Shown one piece after another: positions 1-6,571 of a stretch of DNA of 6,849 nucleotides. Source of the stretch: an uncultured archaeon (GTDB taxonomy: Archaea; Asgardarchaeota; Jordiarchaeia; Jordiarchaeales; Jordiarchaeaceae); contig CAZECW010000210.1 of the NCBI GenBank assembly GCA_964510585.1, positions 1 through 6,849 of the forward strand, given 5' to 3'. The notes beneath the pieces were generated by a model, which saw only the letters and a program-made list of their open reading frames with translations, searched no databases and was not told where the DNA came from. The translations under genes and the position numbers were made by a program. Position 1 is the first letter of the stretch; every line of letters starts with the position of its first letter.

Positions 1-1
1 A

Positions 2-113
2 CTTGCAAAAAGAGTTCCTCAGAAACGAGGATTGAAAGACCGCTTCCTTTGATTAAAATTTTCATTTCCATGTCAACTTGCAAAAGAAGTTCCTCACTAA
101 CGAGGATTGAAAG
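2..113 (+). CRISPR. Trailer end of a CRISPR array (probably truncated by the window edge): repeat 2-38, spacer 39-76 (38 bp), repeat 77-113
   Basis: CTTGCAAAAAGAGTTCCTCAGAAACGAGGATTGAAAG and CTTGCAAAAGAAGTTCCTCACTAACGAGGATTGAAAG are both 37 bp, 33/37 identical. Both have the canonical 3' ATTGAAAG end and an internal TCCTC-N6-GAGGA stem. No third copy downstream. Adjacent to cas accessory genes. Confidence 0.9.
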
Positions 114-279
114 TTTCCGCAGTAAATCCTGAGTTTCACTATTCTAATTTTCTTGTGTGTTGGGATTTGGGGGTTTACTGTGCGAGGGGTTTTTGGGAGG
201 TGTTTAGGTGTGGTGTGGGTTTCTGGGTGTTGGTTTGGGTATATGCGTAAAAAATATTTTTTGTGTTGTTTTTTAATGT

Positions 280-338
280 GAGGTGATGAATTTTTTTGTT
301 TGTGTAAATTTTGGAGGTGATGGAAATTTTAGTTTGTG
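280..338 (+). repeat. Imperfect 25-bp direct repeat (34-bp period) duplicating the RBS and start codon of the downstream gene
   Basis: 280-304 GAGGTGATGAATTTTTTTGTTTGTG vs 314-338 GAGGTGATGGAAATTTTAGTTTGTG: 21/25 identical, ungapped. The region is low-complexity, so chance contributes. Confidence 0.5.
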
Positions 339-2002
339 GCGTGATTTTTTTGGGTAGGGATGGTCGGCCTCTTTACTTTAAGCAGTATGAGAAGGTTTGG
401 GATGATGAGAGTCGGGTTCTGGTTTCGGGGCTTATTTCAGCTATTCAGAGTACTTCGAGGGTGGTTGGGGAAGAAAGGGTTAAACAGATTATGTTTGAGA
501 ATAGAACCTTTCATTTTTGGGAGGAGAATAATGTGATTGCCGCTGTTTCAACGATGCAGGCTCTGGATGAGTCGGATGTGCAAGTTCTCCTCCAAGAATT
601 GCTAAAAGGCTTCCTAAGCCGTTACAAGGGGGTAATAGAGGGATGGAATGGGGACACTCAAGTGTTTGCCGATGCTGATGGAGTGGTTGAACCCATTATA
701 AAGAATTTCGAGCAAAAATATGATTTTGCTCGTAAAAGGTGTGCAATGATACTCACTACGGGGACAACTCCGGATCCACTCATAAGAACTATTAAACATT
801 TTCACCCCGAGTATGTTTGCTTCTTGTCCTCAAAGGATGTAATTGTACAACTCAGCAAAGTTTTGAATGAGACACTTTCCGAGCAGTATTCGTACGAGTT
901 CCTTCAAATTAAGGATATTAACGACCTTACCCATTGTTTAGATGTAGCTGAGCAAGCGTTCAACAAGCTTTTCGAGAAGGGGTTCCGGGCGGGGAACATA
1001 TACATTGATATCACGGGTGGGACGAAGCCGATGTCTGCGGGGCTAACCATGGCTGCAGTCAAGTATTACAGCCCAATAGTTTATGTTGGTGGAGAGCGTC
1101 GAGGTGAGGATGGACGCGTTATTGGACCTGGGGAAATTTATCCGGCATACAATCCTTACGAGTTCTTCGCCTTAAAACGGATTGAGCGGGGACTGGAACT
1201 CTTTAACGATTACAGGTGGAGGGCAGCCGTAGAAGTCTTTGGTGAGGCGTACAAGAATCTTGGTGGGGGAAAAGTGAGAAGATTAGCTTCCATATTTCTG
1301 GAACTAACCATAGCTTATGCATCTTGGGATCGGTTCCTTTACAGAGGGGCTGTTCAAATACTAGATAGGGTTCGGAATGAGATAAGCTCCTTTTGTGAGA
1401 TTCAAGGCTCAGAAGCTCTCGAAGAGCTTTGCAGGCAAATTGAAATCAATTTGGGGGCACTAAAAGTACTGGACTCGATGGGAAAGGCAGAGGGGCTAGC
1501 TCCGCAGGCTATAGTTGACATGTTCAGCAACGCACTGAGAAGAGCAAAAGAGCTGAACTACGATGACGCCACCACACGAATCTACCGCCTAACGGAAATG
1601 CTCGCCCAAAACAAACTACAAGAAATAATAAAAAAGGCAGACTTAGACCCAAATAGAATTCCTGATAGGGGACTTGCAGACACACTAAGCCAAATGAAAG
1701 ACCAAAAGGGGAAAAACAAACTAGAACTCAAGAAATTATACGATCTCCTAAACATTTTAGATAACGACACTATGAAAGTCGATTTAAGAAACAAGCTCCT
1801 TGATGTCCTACAGCAGATGAGGGACCATTCAATTTTAGCCCACGGAGCATCAACAATAACCGCAGAGTCCTTCGAGGGACTAAAAAAACTAGCCGAGAAA
1901 CTCCTAAAGGTAGAAATCGCACACTTCGAAGAAACTCTTCGAAACCTGCAATTCCCACATCTAAACAAAAACTTCAAAACCTACCTTGGGGATAACAAGT
2001 AA
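320..2002 (+). CDS. csm6: Longin-like domain fused to a TIGR02710/Csm6-family CARF-helical-HEPN ribonuclease (cOA-activated type III effector)
   Basis: Residue numbers follow the ORF track (TTG 311); ATG 320 is the likelier start. aa ~144-283 CARF: ILTTGTTPDPL, YIDITGGTKPMSAGL, IVYV, NPY. HEPN: YDDATTRIYRLTE and RDHSILAHG (family pattern RNxSILAHG). aa ~4-135 longin-like: VIFLGRDGRPLYFK, LVSGLISAIQSTSR, VKQIMFENRTFHF, FLSRY..IEGWNGDTQVF. One uninterrupted ORF. Confidence 0.88.
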   Translation: MEILVCGVIFLGRDGRPLYFKQYEKVWDDESRVLVSGLISAIQSTSRVVGEERVKQIMFENRTFHFWEENNVIAAVSTMQALDESDVQVLLQELLKGFLSRYKGVIEGWNGDTQVFADADGVVEPIIKNFEQKYDFARKRCAMILTTGTTPDPLIRTIKHFHPEYVCFLSSKDVIVQLSKVLNETLSEQYSYEFLQIKDINDLTHCLDVAEQAFNKLFEKGFRAGNIYIDITGGTKPMSAGLTMAAVKYYSPIVYVGGERRGEDGRVIGPGEIYPAYNPYEFFALKRIERGLELFNDYRWRAAVEVFGEAYKNLGGGKVRRLASIFLELTIAYASWDRFLYRGAVQILDRVRNEISSFCEIQGSEALEELCRQIEINLGALKVLDSMGKAEGLAPQAIVDMFSNALRRAKELNYDDATTRIYRLTEMLAQNKLQEIIKKADLDPNRIPDRGLADTLSQMKDQKGKNKLELKKLYDLLNILDNDTMKVDLRNKLLDVLQQMRDHSILAHGASTITAESFEGLKKLAEKLLKVEIAHFEETLRNLQFPHLNKNFKTYLGDNK

Positions 2003-2491
2003 ACAATTCACAAAAGCAGAAACACAATTCGTCTTTGTTGGACTTCTTTTGGGAGAGATTAATAGCGAGAGTAATAGCTGGAGAATGTTTACTTCTAGTC
2101 GGAATTGTTTAGGGGCTTCTCTTGTAGGTCGATAAATCGTATGAATTTTTTGGGGTTGTGCATTCTTCTTTTTCTTTGGATTTTTCAAAAAACGTTTTGG
2201 TTTTTCAAGTTCCTCGGATAGTCTGGAAGGTTTCTCTTCTCCTTTTCAGATTTGAAGTGTCTACTGTTTTTTGCTTTTTCGAATAAGTTTTGGGATGTTC
2301 CTTGTACTAGAAGGGGGGAGTAACTGCAGTTGTATTGTTCAGTATGTTAGGGTGTGGAGGGAATTATTGTGATAGCCTTACAATGGCTCTGGTATATGTG
2401 AAAAAAATGGGGAGGGGATTGTTTGTGTGTAGGTTTTTTTGGTGTGGGTTTTTCTTTGTTGTTTTTTAGCTTTTGTTGTTTTTTTTGGGGT

Positions 2492-3178
2492 TTATAGTTC
2501 GTATATTTTTCCTTTGCAGTGGGGTTTGTCGAATTCTTCTAGTTTGTAGTCTAATCTTTTTTGTGTGATTATTTCTGCTTGGGCGTTGAGTGTTATGAGG
2601 TTTATGCACTCCATTCCTCCTACTGTTCGTAGGACTCCTTCTTCATTGAATTTTCTGCAGACTTCTTTGAAGGGGCAGTCGGGGTACTCTGCTATTACTT
2701 GGTTTCCTTGTTTTTTGTATTTTGCGGGGACTGTTGTTTTTGTGTGTTTTTCCAGTTCCTGAACTTTGTATATTGCTTCGAAGGGGTCGCTTATTTTTCC
2801 TTCTAGGTCGTTTAGGATTCCGCTGTTTTTGATTATGCTCTTCATGGCGCTGAATGCTGTTCTTTTTGCGGCGGCTCCAGTTGCTCCTTGTAGTTTTGCC
2901 TCAACTTTCCCTATGGCGTACATTAGGGAGTTGTAGCCTCTGGGATACTTGTTCAGATTCCGCATTATGTAGTCTGTTGCCTCGTCAAGGGTTGTAATGT
3001 TTTCGGGTGGTTTTTCTCCCAGCTTTTCCGCTTCAAACCTTACTGCGTGCTCCGCCGCCATACGGTTGAAGATGGGACCATAAATCTTTGAGGTTTCATC
3101 CGCCGCGTACTTTACGAGGAATGTTAGAGCCTGTTTGTCGGTTTCAACATCAACCGTAAATTCTTCTCCCTCAAGCAA
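2492..3178 (-). CDS. Archaeal protein with a C-terminal V4R-like (4-vinyl reductase/MetOD1-like) Cys4 domain and a helical N-terminal region
   Basis: 228-aa ORF with TTG start preceded by AGAAGGAAGTG. C168-P-F-x3-C174, C191 (GGMECI) and C221 (HCKGKIYEL) give V4R-like cysteine spacing ending in a terminal beta-strand. Confidence 0.7.
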   Translation of the reverse strand: MLEGEEFTVDVETDKQALTFLVKYAADETSKIYGPIFNRMAAEHAVRFEAEKLGEKPPENITTLDEATDYIMRNLNKYPRGYNSLMYAIGKVEAKLQGATGAAAKRTAFSAMKSIIKNSGILNDLEGKISDPFEAIYKVQELEKHTKTTVPAKYKKQGNQVIAEYPDCPFKEVCRKFNEEGVLRTVGGMECINLITLNAQAEIITQKRLDYKLEEFDKPHCKGKIYEL

Positions 3179-3471
3179 TTCGAAAACACTTCCTTCTAAT
3201 CGCTTAAACCCGATACCTCAACAAGTGCAATTCAATAATTTAACGTATAATATTTTAGTTAAGTTCGATTGTAAATAAACATTTTGTGGCTGAAACGGGT
3301 TGTACAGGTAGCCTTTTTTTTGGTCTTCTGCTGAAGTTGTTCAGGACCAGTTTCCTACGCTTCTCATAAACGTATACTTAGAATTTTGAAATTGATTGAT
3401 AGTCTGTGATGGGTGATTGTGGCGGGCTTTTTGGTTGATGCGTGTTTCACGATGCTTTATGGCTTATGGGT

Positions 3472-4713
3472 TTAACTGTTTTTAGTTGGTTTACTGTTTT
3501 CCGTGATCATCATTTTGTGGCTGTCTTCCAATAATTTGGCAATTTCACCGTGTAGGTTTGGTTTGGCATCGTCTTTTCTTGCTATGTATCCATGAACTAT
3601 TTTGTTTCTCAGCTGTGCGATTCTGTCAAAGTTTTTTGCGTATTTTTGGAATGTTTGTGGTTCGCCTTTGCCTCTACTGCTCAGTAAACGTTGGGATATG
3701 GCTTCGCGGAGTTCGTAGCATGCGCAGTTTGATTTTTCTCTGCATGATTCTTTCTGTTGGCAGTCGCTTAACTCGTGGCAGGCATATGTCAGGAATCCCT
3801 CCCTCAGATTTATTATGGCTGAAGTGTACTTGTCTAGCTCCAGACATTTTCGGGCGAGTTCTAACTGTGTTATCCAGAGAGAATTTTTTCCTAAACTTGC
3901 CAACTTATCAGTTTCATCGATTAGAGCTTTAAGAGAGGGCAAAATGTAGGGATAAGTCTTCTCAACTGTTCCAGTTAGTTTCTTTGTCATTTCAGAGATG
4001 TCTCTGCTTTTATCCACTATTCCAGGCGTATAGTTACAAGAAACGTAGAGCCCAAGGGTCTTTAGGGCTTTCAGAACACTTCTGATGCTTGAAAAAAGCT
4101 CCTTCTCCTCTCTGCCTGCGGCCTGCTGCGCGTATAATTCAAGGTCGTTGAGAATGGGATCCAATCCAGAAACCTTTAACGTCCTTCTAAAAATCTCAAC
4201 ATTAAAAAGTGTCCTCAGAGACGTTAATAGAGGTTTAAGATCCACAATAGTTGCAGAGGCCCCCTCCCTGGGTTCAGTCAGCAATCCATAGTATATTCCT
4301 TCAATCTTTGTTTTACCAAGAAGGTCCAAATAGTACGCCACTATGAGAAGCAGCTGGGAAAGGTGCCTAAATGCATGAGTGAGGTCGAGAGTAATGCTTC
4401 TGCAACGACTTAACTCCTCAAAAAAAATCATATACGTATCCTTTAATTCCGACTCACCCTTGCCTTCGGGAACAATAACTCTTTTGTAGCCTTCAAACAA
4501 GTCCTCGGCAACACTCCAGTTAGATCCACTGGTACCAAACAAGAATACCTCGTCAAAATGCACACCACTTTCCTCAAGAATCTTTTTCAGAGCATAAGTC
4601 GCATAATACGTGAACACAGACCTTCCCCTCAACTGATAATTAACATTCACATATTTTCCAGCACCCAAAACCCCAACAAGAACATTACCAGTTTCCAAAT
4701 CAGCCAACTCCAA
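3472..4713 (-). CDS. csx1: Csx1 (TM1812/TIGR02221-like) CARF-HEPN ribonuclease
   Basis: N-terminal VLVGVLG..KY..VNY, FLFGTSGSNW, LDLTHAFRH (DxTHGFR-type CARF motif), IYYG, IVDL. C-terminal AIINLRE and LRNKIVHG (HEPN RxxxxH, aa 369-374). Alternative TTG start at 4707. Confidence 0.9.
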   Translation of the reverse strand: MELADLETGNVLVGVLGAGKYVNVNYQLRGRSVFTYYATYALKKILEESGVHFDEVFLFGTSGSNWSVAEDLFEGYKRVIVPEGKGESELKDTYMIFFEELSRCRSITLDLTHAFRHLSQLLLIVAYYLDLLGKTKIEGIYYGLLTEPREGASATIVDLKPLLTSLRTLFNVEIFRRTLKVSGLDPILNDLELYAQQAAGREEKELFSSIRSVLKALKTLGLYVSCNYTPGIVDKSRDISEMTKKLTGTVEKTYPYILPSLKALIDETDKLASLGKNSLWITQLELARKCLELDKYTSAIINLREGFLTYACHELSDCQQKESCREKSNCACYELREAISQRLLSSRGKGEPQTFQKYAKNFDRIAQLRNKIVHGYIARKDDAKPNLHGEIAKLLEDSHKMMITENSKPTKNS

Positions 4714-4750
4714 TCCCTCAAAAATAAAAATATTGATCAGCTAGCAGCTA

Positions 4751-4781
4751 TATTCCTATTTCGGAATAGGTTCTTATAAAA
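4751..4781 (-). promoter_or_regulatory. Putative csx1 TATA box (TTTTATAA, 4781-4774) followed by an inverted repeat
   Basis: The minus strand reads TTTTATAA-GAA-CCTATT-CCGA-AATAGG about 40-65 nt upstream of the csx1 start. There is no clear purine-rich BRE. Confidence 0.4.
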
Positions 4782-4979
4782 TGTTGTGTCAATAAGAGTG
4801 GGAGGGAAGATACTCTCCAAATTATTGTGGGAATTACCCTCACGAACTCGTTGGCGGAACTGTGACCCAAATCCCAGTTGAAGGGGAAAAGTCTGCATAA
4901 GGGAGGGGTTGGCTGGCAACATTTTTCTGTGGGTTTGTGGTGTGAAAAAGGTTTATTAAACTGGTTTTTCTTAATTTTT

Positions 4980-5324
4980 TTGTAGGCTGGCAAAAATCTT
5001 TAACGGTGAGGACTATTCTACTGGAATCGATCAGGGGTTCCTGTAAAGTCTTCCTCCTTTTTGGTTTTGTCTACGGCCAGCCCACACAAAATCACTGTTT
5101 CCCAGGGGAATTGTCCACTGCTTTTATTCTCTGTTATAAGTTTCTCTGCTGCTTGGAGCGCTAAGTTAATGTGGGTGATGTGTTTTTGCCGGGTTTCATC
5201 TGCAAAAAGAGGCGTTAAAGCAGATCTTCCTTTCAAAATATAAATCCAAAAAATATGGGTTGAAATCTGCTTCTATTTGGCGTAAATTTTGTAAATTCTT
5301 TGGTTTTGAGGATGCAATTAAAAT
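4980..5324 (-). pseudogene. Possible frameshifted gene remnant, loosely HEPN/DUF4145-like
   Basis: Protein-like segments in three successive minus-strand frames: SKPKNLQNLRQIEADFNPYFLDLYFERKI / HINLALQAAEKLITENK..PWETVILCGLAVDK / KRRKTLQEPLIDSSRIVLTVKDF. Family assignment is by eye and weak. Confidence 0.3.
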
Positions 5325-5704
5325 TTATTACCTTTAAAACCACCACTGCACATATGTCGTGTGGCAGATTTCGGTCCTTTAAGACCGGGAATATGGGGTT
5401 TTAAATGTGGAAAGGAAGGTCAGAGGAGGACTGCATCTGAAAACACTTTTTTGGGATAGCACGCAAGAGAGATGTGTCTGCTTCGCTTGGTTCTCGGAGG
5501 AACCCTGGCTCCTTATGGTGTTTTTATGGAGGAAGACCTAGGGTTATGGAAGTTAAATTTGGGTCATAAATGTGTTATGTAGTTATGTTTTATTGGTACA
5601 TTGTACGAGTAGGATTGAAATAGTCTTTAATAGAAACTAGTTTTTCAGGACAACCATTTAGAAAGTTCCAAAAATTATAGTAAAAATTGTTGGAGTTCAT
5701 ATTA

Positions 5705-5726
5705 AAAAAGGCACTTAAATTTATAA
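5705..5726 (+). promoter_or_regulatory. Putative BRE/TATA for the csx14-cas10 operon
   Basis: AAAAAGGCAC-TTAAATTTATAA about 60 nt upstream of TTG 5784. The surrounding DNA is AT-rich, so specificity is limited. Confidence 0.35.
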
Positions 5727-5783
5727 GGGAGAAAGAAGAAAATAAAGGTACATTTACGGTGAATTTTGTGGAAGGGGATTAGT

Positions 5784-6566
5784 TTGACTAAAACCGCGAT
5801 AGTTGCACCATTGGGGACAAGCCCGCCTGTTATAACGGAGTTTTTGGAATATGTGGAGAAGGTTCAGGACAAAAGGGTATCTGACCTAGTTATAATTGTA
5901 ACTAGGGAGCCAGCGGTTTTAGAGGGTGTTCCCCTTATACAATGTGCAGTTAAAAGAAGGTACCCCCATGTTCACACTCATATAGTTGAGTTACCCTTTA
6001 CGGATATAAAATCGGATGAGGATAATCTTGAATTTATGAGGATATGTGCAGAGGTGCTGAGAAAGGAAAAGGAAGTACATAAAACTGGCTCCATATATTT
6101 GTGTGTGGCTGGGGGGAGGAAGGACATGTGTATTACTCTTTCCCTGCTCGCACAGTACTTTGAGGTGAATGGAGTATTCCATGTAATAACATCCGATGTT
6201 AAGTCAATGAACATTGAATTGGAAAGGGCGCGGCACAACATAAGGGAGCTCTTTGAAAGCCAGGATAAGGATGGTTACTATGGGCAGCACAGGGAACTGT
6301 TTGACAGTCTAATGTTTCCCCCGCCTTCCCAGTATAATATTATCAACATTCCAGTTTTACCATACCCCCAAACAATGCTTAACGACATTGTTAGGCTGCT
6401 TACCGGAGACGCTACTCAGATGAGGTCAAATGTGAGGCTTCCTCTAACGGTTTTGGAGAATATGGATGCGTCGGGGCTGATAAAACTTACAGAAAATAAC
6501 GTTTACCTTACCTCTGAGGGTAGAAGGTTTGGTGAAACCCTAAAACTAGGCCTAGGCGTGAGGTGA
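5784..6566 (+). CDS. csx14: Csx14 (NE0113/Crn1-related) CARF protein with a C-terminal wHTH-like tail; predicted cA4 ring nuclease
   Basis: AIVAPLGTSPPVITE and YLCVAGGRKDM CARF motifs, with no HEPN RxxxxH. C-terminal GLIKLTENNVYLTSEGRRF resembles a wHTH wing. TTG 5784 follows GGAAGGGG (5770-5777); the track starts at TTG 5766. Confidence 0.8.
   Translation: MTKTAIVAPLGTSPPVITEFLEYVEKVQDKRVSDLVIIVTREPAVLEGVPLIQCAVKRRYPHVHTHIVELPFTDIKSDEDNLEFMRICAEVLRKEKEVHKTGSIYLCVAGGRKDMCITLSLLAQYFEVNGVFHVITSDVKSMNIELERARHNIRELFESQDKDGYYGQHRELFDSLMFPPPSQYNIINIPVLPYPQTMLNDIVRLLTGDATQMRSNVRLPLTVLENMDASGLIKLTENNVYLTSEGRRFGETLKLGLGVR
6560..6566 (+). promoter_or_regulatory. Shine-Dalgarno GAGGTGA containing the csx14 stop codon (translational coupling to cas10)
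   Basis: GAGGTGA 6560-6566 contains TGA 6564-6566; an in-frame GTG lies at 6572, 5 nt downstream. Confidence 0.7.
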
Positions 6567-6571
6567 AAAAT

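Noticed and set aside
309-346. Self-targeting of the csm6 start by the spacer (ATGAAAATTTTAAT vs ATGGAAATTTTAGT, 12/14)
   Set aside because: Only about half of the 38 nt match overall and the matching part is A/T-rich start-codon context, consistent with chance.
614-1977. Minus-strand ORFs 614-805, 1582-1977, 1770-1958
   Set aside because: Antisense shadows of the well-supported longin-csm6 gene, with no motifs.
2207-2215. AAGTTCCTC match to the CRISPR repeat
   Set aside because: Nine nt only, and the flanks do not align or complete the stem.
1961-2491. ORF 1961-2188 and neighbouring minus-strand fragments (RLSEELEKPKRF, HNPKKFIRFIDLQEK) as a gene or pseudogene
   Set aside because: Lys/Pro/Asn/Gln-rich content is explained by the A/C-rich strand, there are multiple stops, it overlaps the csm6 3' end and no family is recognisable. 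Left unresolved.
2565-4779. Plus-strand ORFs 2565-2762, 3558-3932, 4085-4291, 4558-4779
   Set aside because: Antisense to the V4R-like gene or csx1, with no RBS or domain support.
4737-4993. ORFs 4737-4922 and 4748-4993, including an RxxxxH-like REGNSH
   Set aside because: Short and overlapping the putative csx1 promoter. REGNSH lacks the usual N/D/H at position 2 and a six-residue pattern arises easily by chance.
5596-5643. Short palindromes GTACATTGTAC (5596-5606) and AAACTAGTTT (5634-5643)
   Set aside because: Too short and isolated in AT-rich DNA to support a binding-site call.
5061-6241. ORFs 5061-5243 (+), 5978-6241 (-), 5991-6182 (-)
   Set aside because: Opposite-strand shadows of the putative remnant or of csx14.
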